From assembly GCA_964424985.1 (NCBI GenBank), contig CAYRKQ010000002.1, positions 13,680 to 77,679 of the forward strand: a DNA stretch of 64,000 bases, in the 5' to 3' direction. The stretch comes from an uncultured Candidatus Saccharibacteria bacterium. GTDB lineage: Bacteria > Patescibacteriota > Saccharimonadia > Saccharimonadales > UBA7683. A model generated the notes under the pieces. It was not told the origin of the DNA. It did no database searches and saw only the letters and a list, made by a program, of their open reading frames with translations. A program made the position numbers and the translations under genes. Positions within the stretch are counted from its first letter, which is position 1; each line of letters opens with the position of its first letter. Positions 1-9,315 of the stretch are shown here, piece after piece.

Positions 1-222
1 AACCTGTGCGGGAATACGTTTGCTTTTGAAGCCCTTCAGCTTTGGAATACGAGTCATCAGTGAGTTCTGGCCACCCTCAAAACCAGCACGTAGTTTCTTA
101 CCAGTACGAGCATTTTGCCCTTTTGTACCACGACCAGCGGTTTTGCCACGACCGGCTGAAATACCACGGCCAGGGCGAATTCGATCAGCCTTCTTTGTTA
201 ATTGGAGTTCGTTAAACTTCAT
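1..222 (-). CDS. rplO: 50S ribosomal protein L15, N-terminal part; gene runs off the window start
   Basis: Reverse translation from the ATG at 222 gives [52 protein letters not shown], a typical L15 N-terminus. It sits directly downstream of rpsE, with no L30 gene in between. Confidence 0.8.
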   Translation of the reverse strand, partial: MKFNELQLTKKADRIRPGRGISAGRGKTAGRGTKGQNARTGKKLRAGFEGGQNSLMTRIPKLKGFKSKRIPAQV

Positions 223-761
223 TTTGTCTCTCCTACTTTTGCTTTCGCAGCTTTTTTAGGTGTTCTTTGTGCCTGCTCTTTCGTCGTCACCCAGTCTTCT
301 TGCGCCCTTAACTGCGTAAGTGCTTCGATGGTTGCGTAGGCAGTATTGACCTTATTAGTGCTTCCAAGTGATTTTGAAAGAATATTATGAATGCCAGTAG
401 TGTTTAAAATTGCACGGACAGTCCCGCCGGCAATGATACCAGTACCAGGAGCAGCCGGCTTAAGCAGTACTTTAGCGCCGCCAACCTTCGCTTCTATTTC
501 GTGTGGAATGGTGGCATTGGCAAGCGGAATCTCGTGCAGTTGTTTCTTGGCCACAGTAGTCGCCTTTGTAATAGCGGTTTGCACGTCGGCGCCCTTAGCC
601 ACGCCCACTCCAACGCGTGTCTTTCCATCGCCAACGACGACGAGGGCTTTAAAGCGGAATCGACGACCACCTTTAACTACGCGGGCAACACGATCAATTG
701 AAATGACGTTTTCTTCAAATTCTCTATCTTCAGGCTGTTGTGTTCGGTTTCTGTTGTCCAT
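219..761 (-). CDS. rpsE: 30S ribosomal protein S5
   Basis: The 180 aa ORF carries [19 protein letters not shown] and [27 protein letters not shown]5 signatures. Its position in the spc operon order fits. Confidence 0.9.
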   Translation of the reverse strand: MDNRNRTQQPEDREFEENVISIDRVARVVKGGRRFRFKALVVVGDGKTRVGVGVAKGADVQTAITKATTVAKKQLHEIPLANATIPHEIEAKVGGAKVLLKPAAPGTGIIAGGTVRAILNTTGIHNILSKSLGSTNKVNTAYATIEALTQLRAQEDWVTTKEQAQRTPKKAAKAKVGETK

Positions 762-763
762 AA

Positions 764-1117
764 TTAAAGCTCCAATCCATTCTCGCGAGCTGCGTTAGCT
801 AGTGCCGCAAGTCTCTGCTGGTAAGATTTACCATTACGATCGAATGCGACTTTTGTAATTCCTTTTTTCTTAGCTTTGCTGGCGATATCTTTACCTACAA
901 CTGCCGCTTGCTCACTCAGGCTGCCTGTTGCTTTAAGGTTAATTGAGCTGCTGGTGACAAGGGTTTTACCTGCTGCGTCGTCAATAACCTGAACTGTCAC
1001 AGCGCGGTTACTAATAAACACACTTAGTCGTGGACGCTCGGCGGTACCAGATACGGTAGATCGCACACGAGCTTTCCTCAGGGTTTTATTACGGTTTTTG
1101 TCGGCTAATCTACTCAT
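764..1117 (-). CDS. rplR: 50S ribosomal protein L18
   Basis: The 117 aa ORF matches L18-like sequence (RLSVFISNRAVTVQVIDD...AFDRNGKSYQQRLAALANAARENGLEL). It lies between rplF and rpsE. Confidence 0.9.
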   Translation of the reverse strand: MSRLADKNRNKTLRKARVRSTVSGTAERPRLSVFISNRAVTVQVIDDAAGKTLVTSSSINLKATGSLSEQAAVVGKDIASKAKKKGITKVAFDRNGKSYQQRLAALANAARENGLEL

Positions 1118-1653
1118 TATTTGGCTCCTGTCTTTCCGGCTTTACGTAGAACGTATTCATCTGAGTATTTAATACCTTTACCCTTATATGGCTCTGGCTT
1201 TTTGAACGCACGAATATCAGCGGCAACTTGTCCTACTTGCTGTTTGTTAATGCCACTAATTGAAATATTCATTTTATCAACGGCAAGTGTTACGCCTTCA
1301 GGCGCCGTGAATTCAATAGGGTGTGAAAACCCAAGATTCAAAACGAGCTTATTGCCTTGCAGCGCAACTTTAAACCCAACACCGTTGACTTCAAGCTTCT
1401 TTTCAAACCCTTGAGTAACCCCAACGACCATATTGTTAATAAGGGCGCGCATCAGGCCGTGTTGGGCTCTGGCGATTTTTTCATCACTTTTTCTGTTGAC
1501 CAAAAGGGTTTCGCCCTCAATGACCACATCAACGTGTGGCAGTTTCGCTTCTTCAAGGCTGCCTTTTGGTCCGGTCACCTTAATAACGTCACCTTCAACC
1601 GTGATTGTCACACCAGATGGAATTTGGACTGGTAGTTTTCCGATTCTGCTCAT
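1117..1653 (-). CDS. rplF: 50S ribosomal protein L6
   Basis: The 178 aa ORF begins MSRIGKLPVQIPSGVTITVEGDVIKVTGPKGSL, an L6 signature. Confidence 0.9.
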   Translation of the reverse strand: MSRIGKLPVQIPSGVTITVEGDVIKVTGPKGSLEEAKLPHVDVVIEGETLLVNRKSDEKIARAQHGLMRALINNMVVGVTQGFEKKLEVNGVGFKVALQGNKLVLNLGFSHPIEFTAPEGVTLAVDKMNISISGINKQQVGQVAADIRAFKKPEPYKGKGIKYSDEYVLRKAGKTGAK

Positions 1654-1901
1654 TGTATATCCTTATTAATTAATTCACTTCTTTCAACTGGGCTTAGGGC
1701 TACTAAGTACTGCTGTTGATACTGGTCAGATGCGAAGACTCGCGCCATTCGCCCGTCTGGTAGTGTAAACATGCAGTCGGCAAGTGGTCGATCTTCTCCG
1801 AGAGCCAATGGCATTACGGGTAGCTGGTGCACGCCTTCAAGAGTAGGCTCAGCCTGTAGTCTATTAGTGCGTACAGTAGTAAGATCAATCACTTCACCCA
1901 T
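1650..1901 (-). CDS. Hypothetical 83 aa protein embedded between rpsH and rplF
   Basis: The ORF exactly fills the rpsH-rplF spacer. Its ATG directly follows the rpsH TAA, and an AAGGTG Shine-Dalgarno lies 6 nt upstream inside the rpsH 3' end. Its stop overlaps the rplF start as ATGA. I see no recognisable family. Confidence 0.45.
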   Translation of the reverse strand: MGEVIDLTTVRTNRLQAEPTLEGVHQLPVMPLALGEDRPLADCMFTLPDGRMARVFASDQYQQQYLVALSPVERSELINKDIQ

Positions 1902-2297
1902 TTAGTACACCTTACAAATCACTTCACCGCCGAGGCGATTTTTTGCAGCTTCGAAACCGCTCATCACCCCTTTGGAGGTTGAAACAATAACAATGCCTCG
2001 ACCATTCTTGACGCGTGGAATTTCTTTCACGCTGGCGTAGTAGCGGCGGCCGGGGGTGCTGACACGGTTAATTTCGGTAATAGCGGGGTTTTCACCAGGT
2101 TTGTTAATGGTGATAATAAGCTGATTTCGGGGCGTGCCCTTTTCAACCATTACCTCTTTCAAAAAGCCGTTCTTGGTGAGTTCCCGGGCAATAGTCTCTT
2201 TAATTTTAGAGTGCGGAAGACGAACTTCGGTCTTGCCGACGTTGATAGCGTTTCGGATGCGAGTAAGCATGTCTGCGATGGGGTCTGTTGATACCAT
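1902..2297 (-). CDS. rpsH: 30S ribosomal protein S8
   Basis: MVSTDPIADMLTRIRNA is a canonical S8 N-terminus. An AAGGAG Shine-Dalgarno precedes the ATG at 2297. The longer ORF reaching 2336 is probably an upstream extension. Confidence 0.9.
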   Translation of the reverse strand: MVSTDPIADMLTRIRNAINVGKTEVRLPHSKIKETIARELTKNGFLKEVMVEKGTPRNQLIITINKPGENPAITEINRVSTPGRRYYASVKEIPRVKNGRGIVIVSTSKGVMSGFEAAKNRLGGEVICKVY

Positions 2298-2455
2298 TAG
2301 AACGCTCCTTTCGTCGCTGCAATTTCCAATTTCCAATTAACAAATTCCAAGGCCTGTAAAAGCTTCGCTTTTGCGTTTGTAATTTTGGTGGTTGTCATTT
2401 GATATTTCATTGTGATTTGGTGGTTGTCATTTGATATTTCTAGCATAGCGATATC

Positions 2456-2725
2456 CTACCAGCTCGACTTTGTTATGCCGGGTATTTCACCTTGGCTGGC
2501 GTGTTTTCTAAAAGCAATTCGACTGAGGCCAAAGGTGCGCATGTAGCCACGAGGTCGACCAGTCTCGGCGCAACGGTTTTTAATTCTTGTGGGGCTTGAG
2601 TTGCGGGGTAATTTTGCCAGGCCATCCAGATCACCAAGTTTTTTAAGCTCAGCACGCTTGGCAGCATATTTTTCATGCATAACCATTCGTTTTTTGTCGC
2701 GGGCAATGCTTGATTTCTTAGCCAT
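2456..2725 (-). CDS. rpsN: 30S ribosomal protein S14, long form
   Basis: 89 aa, [13 protein letters not shown]...[39 protein letters not shown]. Confidence 0.85.
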   Translation of the reverse strand: MAKKSSIARDKKRMVMHEKYAAKRAELKKLGDLDGLAKLPRNSSPTRIKNRCAETGRPRGYMRTFGLSRIAFRKHASQGEIPGITKSSW

Positions 2726-3312
2726 TATTTAGCTCCTTTTGCAGTTTTTTCAAATGGTATACCAAATCCTTCAAGCAGGGCGCGTGATTTTTCGCCGTCA
2801 GAATTGTTAATTACGAAGTTAATTTGCAGGCCATGCAGCTGTGATACGTCTTCAAAGGTGAGTTCAGGAAAAACTGATTGTTCGGTGATACCGAGGCTGT
2901 AGTTGCCTTTCGGATCAAAGGCCTTGGCACTGACGCCATGAAAATCGCGTACACGTGGCAACACAATGTTGGTCAGGCGGTCGAGAAACTCGTACATACG
3001 ATCACCGCGTAACGTCACCTTCATACCAATAGTGTTCATGCCTTTTCGAATTTTAAAGCTGGCAATCGACTTCTTAGCAATGACTTCAACCGGTTGTTGG
3101 CCGGTGATCTTGCGCAGTGTCGTACGAACAACTTCAAACATTCGCTTATCATCTTTGCTACGTCCCATACCGACATTAATAACAATCTTTTCGAGGCTGG
3201 GAGCCTGATTGATATTTTTTAGCTCCAAGCTCTCTTTTAGCTGACCAGCTAAAGAGGAGCGGTAGAGAGTCTTCAGACGTGGCGCGGTAACCGCACTCGT
3301 ATCTTTAACCAT
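2725..3312 (-). CDS. rplE: 50S ribosomal protein L5
   Basis: 195 aa with L5-like sequence ([11 protein letters not shown]...[23 protein letters not shown]). Confidence 0.9.
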   Translation of the reverse strand: MVKDTSAVTAPRLKTLYRSSLAGQLKESLELKNINQAPSLEKIVINVGMGRSKDDKRMFEVVRTTLRKITGQQPVEVIAKKSIASFKIRKGMNTIGMKVTLRGDRMYEFLDRLTNIVLPRVRDFHGVSAKAFDPKGNYSLGITEQSVFPELTFEDVSQLHGLQINFVINNSDGEKSRALLEGFGIPFEKTAKGAK

Positions 3313-3635
3313 TATGCAATCTCCTTATTATTGACTTTGTATACACGTTTCTTTGAACCATCTTTGGCAACTGTAAAACCGACTTTAGACACACCATCTT
3401 TTTTAGTCGGGTGAATAAGCGCCACTTTACTGATGTCAATTGCCTTATGTACGTCGGTAATACCACCTTGTGGTTGCAGCATATTTGGCTTGTTGTGACG
3501 TTTCACAATGTTAATTCCTTCAACCTTAACGGCAGACTTTTTAGGCAACACAGCAACAATCTTGCCGGTTTTACCCTTGTCTTTTCCGGTGGTGACCTTT
3601 ACCATGTCACCTTTTTTAAGTCGTAGAGTATTCAT
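3312..3635 (-). CDS. rplX: 50S ribosomal protein L24
   Basis: An internal Met at 3635 starts MNTLRLKKGDMVKVTTGKDKGKTGKIVAV, the L24 KOW motif. A GGAGGT Shine-Dalgarno lies upstream. The longer ORF to 3788 overlaps rplN and is rejected as the start. Confidence 0.85.
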   Translation of the reverse strand: MNTLRLKKGDMVKVTTGKDKGKTGKIVAVLPKKSAVKVEGINIVKRHNKPNMLQPQGGITDVHKAIDISKVALIHPTKKDGVSKVGFTVAKDGSKKRVYKVNNKEIA

Positions 3636-3636
3636 A

Positions 3637-4005
3637 TTAGAGTACCTCCGGTGCAAGGCTGATAATTTTGTTGTAGCCGAGTTCACGCAACTCACGTGGC
3701 ACAGGGCCAAAAATACGGGTTGCTTTTGGCAACTTATCTTCACCAACAATAACGGCAGCGTTATCATCAAATTTGATGGTCGAGCCATCTTTACGGCGAA
3801 TAGTGTGGGTGGTGCGAACGACGACGGCTCGGACGACGCTCTTTTTCTTAGTATTACCTGTTGGGTTAGCCTCTTTTACCGTTGCGACAATTTCGTCACC
3901 AACACGGGCATAACGTTTACGAGTACCACCAAGCACACGAATGCAAAGAATTTCTTTGGCACCGCTGTTGTCGGTAACGCGTAGGCGTGATTCTTGTTGG
4001 ATCAT
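3637..4005 (-). CDS. rplN: 50S ribosomal protein L14
   Basis: 122 aa, [27 protein letters not shown], a canonical L14. Confidence 0.9.
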   Translation of the reverse strand: MIQQESRLRVTDNSGAKEILCIRVLGGTRKRYARVGDEIVATVKEANPTGNTKKKSVVRAVVVRTTHTIRRKDGSTIKFDDNAAVIVGEDKLPKATRIFGPVPRELRELGYNKIISLAPEVL

Positions 4006-4268
4006 GCAACTACCTCTTCGGCTGCGCCTTCTTTACGTTCTAGCACAGCTTCCAGCTTCCACGATTTCGTTTTGCTAATGGGGCGTGTTTCAATCAGGGA
4101 AACCTTGTCACCAACTTGGGCTTCGTTCTTTTCGTCATGCGCTTGATAGCTTTTGCTCACCGTGTACTGTTTTCGGTAGAGCGGGTGCGTTACGCGACGC
4201 TCAGTCTTCACAACAATCGTCTTGTCTTGTACGTCAGATACCACGACGCCGGTCATTTTACGAGCCAT
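4002..4268 (-). CDS. rpsQ: 30S ribosomal protein S17
   Basis: 88 aa, [28 protein letters not shown]. Confidence 0.9.
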   Translation of the reverse strand: MARKMTGVVVSDVQDKTIVVKTERRVTHPLYRKQYTVSKSYQAHDEKNEAQVGDKVSLIETRPISKTKSWKLEAVLERKEGAAEEVVA

Positions 4269-4501
4269 TATTTCTTCTCCTCTTTCTTCGGCTCAGCCTG
4301 AGCTGCGCCTTCTTTTGCTACTGTTAAAGCAGTAGCGATTGATCGTTTCATTGCTTTAAGTCTATGAGTTTCTTTGGTCTTACCAGTCTGCAGCTGTTCA
4401 AGAAGGCTTACGCGCTCTTTCTTCAGTTCGCTGATGTACTTGGTAATTTCAGCAGGTTTCTTGCTACGAAGATCTTTCACTGAGAGTAATTTAGTAGCCA
4501 T
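4268..4501 (-). CDS. rpmC: 50S ribosomal protein L29
   Basis: 77 aa helical protein lying between rplP and rpsQ ([23 protein letters not shown]). Confidence 0.85.
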   Translation of the reverse strand: MATKLLSVKDLRSKKPAEITKYISELKKERVSLLEQLQTGKTKETHRLKAMKRSIATALTVAKEGAAQAEPKKEEKK

Positions 4502-4917
4502 TATGCTTGCTCCCTCACGACGAACTTCGTTTTAACTGGTAGTTTATGAGAGGCCAGGCGCATTGCTTCACGGGCTTGTTCTTCAGTCACACCGCGTCCC
4601 ATTTCAAACAATACGGTACCCGGCTTTACTTTGGCCACGAAGAATTCTGGGTTACCCTTACCGCTACCCATTTTTACGTCTTGCGGCTTGCGAGTAACAG
4701 GTGTGTGCGGGAAAATGCGGATCCATACTTTACCACCACGCTTAATGTAGCGGGTCATGGCTTGACGGGCAGATTCAATCTGGCGTGAGGTAATGCGTTC
4801 AGCGTCTTGACTCACCAGGCCATAATCACCAAAAGCAACATAGTTACCGCTGGTAGCGATACCCTTGTTCTTGCCTTTGCGGACTTTCCTGAATTTTGTC
4901 TTCTTTGGTAGTAGCAT
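4501..4917 (-). CDS. rplP: 50S ribosomal protein L16
   Basis: 138 aa, [15 protein letters not shown]...[19 protein letters not shown]. Confidence 0.9.
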   Translation of the reverse strand: MLLPKKTKFRKVRKGKNKGIATSGNYVAFGDYGLVSQDAERITSRQIESARQAMTRYIKRGGKVWIRIFPHTPVTRKPQDVKMGSGKGNPEFFVAKVKPGTVLFEMGRGVTEEQAREAMRLASHKLPVKTKFVVREQA

Positions 4918-5546
4918 TAGGCGTCACCTCTGTAGATCCATACTTTAACACCAATGATACCGGCACCAGGATATTTAGCACGAGCAGCGTGGTAATCAAT
5001 ATCAGCTCGTAACGTATGAAGTGGAACGCTGCCTTCAATGTGCTTTTCGCGGCGACTCATTTCAGCGCCCATTAAACGACCAGCTACCTCAATACGGATA
5101 CCTTTGGCTCCGGCGCGCATGGTTGCCGCGGCAGTCATTTTAACAGCGCGTCGGAAGGCGATACGTCGTTCTAGTTGCCTGGCAATGTTTTCAGCAGTAA
5201 TTTTAGCGGAAAGTTCAGGGCGCTTTACCTCTTCAATATTAACGCGGACACTCGTTTGGAAAATGTTTTCAGCCAGTGTTTTAATTTCTTGAGCACCAAC
5301 CCCACCACGACCAATAACTACACCAGCTTTGGCTGTGTGAATAGTAACGGTTACCAAATTTGGTGAACGTTCAATATCAATGCGGTCAATAACGGCACGT
5401 GTTTCAAACTTCTTTTCAATTTGCTTACGAAGTTCGAGATCTTGCTTGAGGAAGCTGGCGTATTCTTTTTTGCCAGCGAACCACTTAGAACGCCATTGCT
5501 TATTGACCTGAAGTCGCATGCTGATAGGATTTACTTTTTGACCCAT
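4917..5546 (-). CDS. rpsC: 30S ribosomal protein S3
   Basis: 209 aa with the KH domain and the S3 C-terminal domain ([26 protein letters not shown]). Confidence 0.9.
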   Translation of the reverse strand: MGQKVNPISMRLQVNKQWRSKWFAGKKEYASFLKQDLELRKQIEKKFETRAVIDRIDIERSPNLVTVTIHTAKAGVVIGRGGVGAQEIKTLAENIFQTSVRVNIEEVKRPELSAKITAENIARQLERRIAFRRAVKMTAAATMRAGAKGIRIEVAGRLMGAEMSRREKHIEGSVPLHTLRADIDYHAARAKYPGAGIIGVKVWIYRGDA

Positions 5547-5657
5547 TAGGCACTCCTTCCAGTCGTTTTAAAATCTAAATTCCAAGCACTAAATCCTAAA
5601 CAATTTCGAAATTCGAAATTCAAAACGGGCTGCATACTACTTACTGCGTACTTCATA

Positions 5658-6047
5658 CTACTTCTTCCCCTTTGTGGTTGTGACTTTCGTTTTTGGACGA
5701 GGCTTTTCTGATCCGCTTACCACCACTGTTACGTGAGTAGTGCGCTTTTGGTATGGGTGGGCAGAACCACGAGCGACGGGGCGATAGCGCTTCATGCGTG
5801 GGCCAGGGCTGACGTCGAGCGTGGTAATTGTTAAATCATCACCTTTAGCATTGTGGTTGTGTACGGCATTAGCTTTGGCACTTGAAATAACTTTCACCAT
5901 GGGACCCGCAGCACGACGCGGCGTGTGGCTTAAAATTATCAGGGCGTCTTCAACTGTTCGGCCACGAACCAGTGAAGCAACTTCACCAATTTTACGTGGA
6001 GTCATGTCAATGCCTTTAGCCTGTGCTTTAACGTGAATGTTAGCCAT
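5658..6047 (-). CDS. rplV: 50S ribosomal protein L22
   Basis: 129 aa, ISPRKARLVADLIRG-like region (PRKIGEVASLVRGRTVEDALIIL). Confidence 0.9.
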   Translation of the reverse strand: MANIHVKAQAKGIDMTPRKIGEVASLVRGRTVEDALIILSHTPRRAAGPMVKVISSAKANAVHNHNAKGDDLTITTLDVSPGPRMKRYRPVARGSAHPYQKRTTHVTVVVSGSEKPRPKTKVTTTKGKK

Positions 6048-6310
6048 TACTTATCCTTGCCTCCGTGCTTACGGAACTTGCGGGTTGGAGAAAATTCACC
6101 AAGCTTGTGACCAACCATGTTTTCGCTAACAAAGACCGGAACGTGCACTTTACCGTTATGAACAGCAATTGTTTTACCAACCATATCAGGACTGATAGTA
6201 CTAGCACGTGCCCACGTTTTAATGACCGTACGGTCTTCACTACCAAGCGCAGCGACTTTTTTAGCCAACTTGGGGTCAACAAATGGTCCTTTTTTCAGTG
6301 ATCTAGACAT
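6047..6310 (-). CDS. rpsS: 30S ribosomal protein S19
   Basis: 87 aa, [15 protein letters not shown]...[29 protein letters not shown]. Confidence 0.9.
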   Translation of the reverse strand: MSRSLKKGPFVDPKLAKKVAALGSEDRTVIKTWARASTISPDMVGKTIAVHNGKVHVPVFVSENMVGHKLGEFSPTRKFRKHGGKDK

Positions 6311-6558
6311 TAATTGGTCCCCCTATTTTCAAATAACGCTTGTGCGATACCTTTAGCGGCACCAGTAGCAAATTGGATTTCTAAAGCAGTAGGATCATTC
6401 CTAAAACCTGGCGCACTGAAAGTATCTATGTCTGTTGTTTCAAGTACAAATGCTAGGGTGCCTTGAAACAGGCTTTGTTCATCCAAAGTAAGTCGAGATC
6501 GTGCCTCTAGGGCCGCTTGATTAACTGAAGGATTCCTTAATACTCTATAGCTATCCAT
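6310..6558 (-). CDS. Hypothetical 82 aa protein embedded between rplB and rpsS
   Basis: The ORF fills the 250 bp rplB-rpsS spacer. Its ATG lies 2 nt after the rplB TAA, with an AGAGGA Shine-Dalgarno 7 nt upstream. Its stop overlaps the rpsS ATG. No recognisable family. Confidence 0.45.
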   Translation of the reverse strand: MDSYRVLRNPSVNQAALEARSRLTLDEQSLFQGTLAFVLETTDIDTFSAPGFRNDPTALEIQFATGAAKGIAQALFENRGTN

Positions 6559-6560
6559 AA

Positions 6561-7397
6561 TTATTTCCTCTTTGCCTGATGACGACTTCGGATAATCGCC
6601 TTATTAGTTCGTTTATTACGTCGGGTTTTGTAGCCAAGGGTTGGTTTGCCCCATGGAGTTTTTGGCTGTCCACCAATACCATGGGCACCACCATCACCAC
6701 CACCGTGAGGGTGATCTACCGCGTTCATAACAACACCACGAACGGATGGACGGAAACCAAGATGGCGCTTGCGGCCAGCTGAACCGATTTTAATGTTCTG
6801 GTGTTGTTCGTTACCAATAGTTCCCAAGGTTGCCATGCAGTCAATGTGAACCGTACGGATTTCGCCGCTCGGAAGCTTAATCGAGGCTTTATTACCTTCC
6901 TTAGCCGTCAGTTGAGCCTTTGTACCAGCGCTTCTGACCATCTGGGCGCCTTTGCCAGCTTGCAGTTCAATCGAGTGAACGAATGAGCCAGCTGGAATGT
7001 TCTTAAGCGGCAAACGATTACCTTCTTCAATAGCTGATTTTTCACCAACAGTGATGACGCCGCCAACCTTCATGCCAGAACCGGCAAGAATGTAGTGATA
7101 GGTATTATTTTCATCTAAAATTCGGGCAATACGAGCCGAACGGTTTGGGTCGTATTCAATAGCCTCGATGGTGGCTTTTTGAATGTTGAGCTGCGTAAAG
7201 TTGACCAGGCGATAGAATCGCTTGGCACCACCACCACGGTGACGAACGGTAATAACACCACGGTTGTTGCGTCCATTAGTACGGCGCTTCACTACGGTCA
7301 ATGACTTAAGCGGTTTCTTGGCAGTGATCTGTGAAAGATCCTGGTTGGTCATACCGCGGCGGCCGGGAGTCGTTGGTTTATACGGAGTAACGGCCAT
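6561..7397 (-). CDS. rplB: 50S ribosomal protein L2
   Basis: 278 aa, GRNNRGVITVRHRGGG...HPHGGGDGG, a canonical L2. Confidence 0.9.
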   Translation of the reverse strand: MAVTPYKPTTPGRRGMTNQDLSQITAKKPLKSLTVVKRRTNGRNNRGVITVRHRGGGAKRFYRLVNFTQLNIQKATIEAIEYDPNRSARIARILDENNTYHYILAGSGMKVGGVITVGEKSAIEEGNRLPLKNIPAGSFVHSIELQAGKGAQMVRSAGTKAQLTAKEGNKASIKLPSGEIRTVHIDCMATLGTIGNEQHQNIKIGSAGRKRHLGFRPSVRGVVMNAVDHPHGGGDGGAHGIGGQPKTPWGKPTLGYKTRRNKRTNKAIIRSRHQAKRK

Positions 7398-7717
7398 TAC
7401 TTCTTCTCCTTAGCGGGCTTTTCTTCTTCAAAAATCTTGATAGAATCACCTTCTTTTAACTTCACATAAGCCTTCTTAATATCTGATCGTTTACCAATGA
7501 TTGGGCGGGCCTTACGGTTACCAAGACGAACTGAACGTGCCTTTTTACCATTTTGCACAATAACGTTCACGTTAAGAACGCTGACGCCGTACTGGCTTTC
7601 AACCGCGTCTTTAATCTGATTGCTATTGGCTGAAGTTGGTACGACAAATACGTAGGTGTTATTCATAACACTTTGCTGATAGGCTTTTTCGCTCATGCGC
7701 GGCTTCAAATCAATCAT
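7397..7717 (-). CDS. rplW: 50S ribosomal protein L23
   Basis: An internal Met starts [16 protein letters not shown], the L23 N-terminus. The ATG makes an ATGA overlap with the rplD stop. The longer ORF to 7759 is rejected. Confidence 0.85.
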   Translation of the reverse strand: MIDLKPRMSEKAYQQSVMNNTYVFVVPTSANSNQIKDAVESQYGVSVLNVNVIVQNGKKARSVRLGNRKARPIIGKRSDIKKAYVKLKEGDSIKIFEEEKPAKEKK

Positions 7718-8394
7718 TTTGCGCCTCCTTGGCGTGAGCTTGTTGAATCGCCGAGCCATTCAGTAATGATATCGACTGATTTCTTGGTAACTAGGATTGT
7801 ATCAGCGTTCAGCACATCATAAACATTAAGGTACTTAGCAGTTATTACCTTCAAATTACTAATGTTGTTAGTTGAACGAATTAGCTCTTCGTTTTTTTGG
7901 TCTACCACCAGGAGAGTGTTTCGTGAAACTTTATTCTTTTCAAGAAGTGCTACTGCGGTCTTGGTTTTGCCATCTTTTACGACAAAATCTGCAATTACAT
8001 GGAGTTTCTTGGCTTTATTGGCAAGCGTGAGCGCTTGGCGAACTGCTTTTCGTTTCTGGGCAGTTGGAATAGTCTTAGTGTAGTTTTCATTACCAGTTGG
8101 GCCAAAAACAATACCACCACCACGCCAGATTGGGTTTCGGCTAGAGCCAAAACGTGCGCGGCCAGTACCCTTTTGGCGCCATGGTTTTTTACCACCACCA
8201 CGTACTAAACCACGGGTTTTCACCTGGGCATAGTTATCACGACCATTGGCCAGATAGGCCTGGTAGGCGCGCTGCAATAGTTCATGGTTGTTTACTTCAA
8301 CATTAAAGACGTCTTTTGGAAGAGATGATTGTAGTGTCGTCGCGGCAGTAGCCTTTACGGGAGTTTTCTTCACAGCTGTTTTTACCTCGGCCAT
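7714..8394 (-). CDS. rplD: 50S ribosomal protein L4
   Basis: 226 aa, [29 protein letters not shown]. Confidence 0.9.
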   Translation of the reverse strand: MAEVKTAVKKTPVKATAATTLQSSLPKDVFNVEVNNHELLQRAYQAYLANGRDNYAQVKTRGLVRGGGKKPWRQKGTGRARFGSSRNPIWRGGGIVFGPTGNENYTKTIPTAQKRKAVRQALTLANKAKKLHVIADFVVKDGKTKTAVALLEKNKVSRNTLLVVDQKNEELIRSTNNISNLKVITAKYLNVYDVLNADTILVTKKSVDIITEWLGDSTSSRQGGAK

Positions 8395-8539
8395 TATGCA
8401 GTCTCCCTTCGGTCGCTGAAAATATCAAACTCTAAATCCCAAATTCTAAACAAATTCGAAATTCGAAATTCGAAATTCGAAACGGGGACAATTGTAAATT
8501 GATAATTGTAAATTGATAATTGGAGTGACTTCGTCATGA

Positions 8540-9163
8540 CTATGCTCCTACCACCACAACATTACCTTTTTTCGGTCCGGGAACTGCGCCTTTAACACCA
8601 AGGAGGTTCTTTTCGGTATCAATAAAGGCAATCTGAAGGCCAGAAACTGTCACTTGTTCAGCGCCCATCTGACCAGCCATGCGCTTACCTTTAAAAACTT
8701 TTTGCGGATACATTGAGCCAATTGAACCAGGTCGACGAACCATCCCGTTGCCACCGTGCGTGCTGGCACTGGTGGCAAAGTTATGACGCTTGACCGTACC
8801 GGCAAACCCCTTACCTTTGCTGGTGCCAGTGACTTTAACGGTATCGCCAACTTCAAATTGTGAAACATCAAAAGAGGAGCCTGGTTTCATTTGCTCCTCA
8901 TCTTCTAGTTTCATGTCGCGGAATTCTTTCATAAAGCGTGGCATAATTTCTTTGCTGGCTTTTGCCACGTGGCCTTGAACTGGCTTAGAAATGTTTTTGC
9001 CGCCGCCGAGTGCTACTTGCAATGCATTATAGCCATCTTTTTCGACAGTTTTAACCTGAGTGATTATACAAGGGCCGGCTGAGAGAATAGTGACAGGCGT
9101 GAGCGTACCGTCCTCAGCGAGGATCTGTGTCATACCAAGTTTTGTACCAAGTAATGCCTTCAT
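8540..9163 (-). CDS. rplC: 50S ribosomal protein L3
   Basis: 207 aa, MKALLGTKLGMTQI...GKGFAGTVKRHNF. Confidence 0.9.
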   Translation of the reverse strand: MKALLGTKLGMTQILAEDGTLTPVTILSAGPCIITQVKTVEKDGYNALQVALGGGKNISKPVQGHVAKASKEIMPRFMKEFRDMKLEDEEQMKPGSSFDVSQFEVGDTVKVTGTSKGKGFAGTVKRHNFATSASTHGGNGMVRRPGSIGSMYPQKVFKGKRMAGQMGAEQVTVSGLQIAFIDTEKNLLGVKGAVPGPKKGNVVVVGA

Positions 9164-9282
9164 ATATGCCCTTGTTTAGTTGCCTTTTAGCATAGAAAAA
9201 TCTTGGGTTACCTGCGGTTTCTTTCTTAGTTGATTGACCTACAGATGTACCAAGCTGCTAAATTGCAAAAAGTTACCAAATA

Positions 9283-9312
9283 AGTGTAGCAAAAACCTAC
9301 CACTGATGTCAA
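9283..9312 (-). promoter_or_regulatory. Sigma70-like promoter upstream of rplC (TTGACA-18-TACACT)
   Basis: On the minus strand the sequence reads TTGACAtcagtggtaggtttttgcTACACT. The -35 is at 9312..9307 and the -10 at 9288..9283, about 110 nt upstream of the rplC ATG. Confidence 0.45.
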
Positions 9313-9315
9313 CAG

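Noticed and set aside
20-259. 79 aa ORF on the plus strand
   Set aside because: Antisense to the rplO and rpsE coding sequence.
3508-3984. 158 aa ORF on the plus strand
   Set aside because: Antisense across rplX and rplN.
8430-8530. Possible CRISPR array, from short direct repeats
   Set aside because: The repeats are 7 to 16 bp microsatellite-like units with no spacers of unique sequence, and they lie inside a transcribed ribosomal-protein operon spacer. This is not CRISPR.
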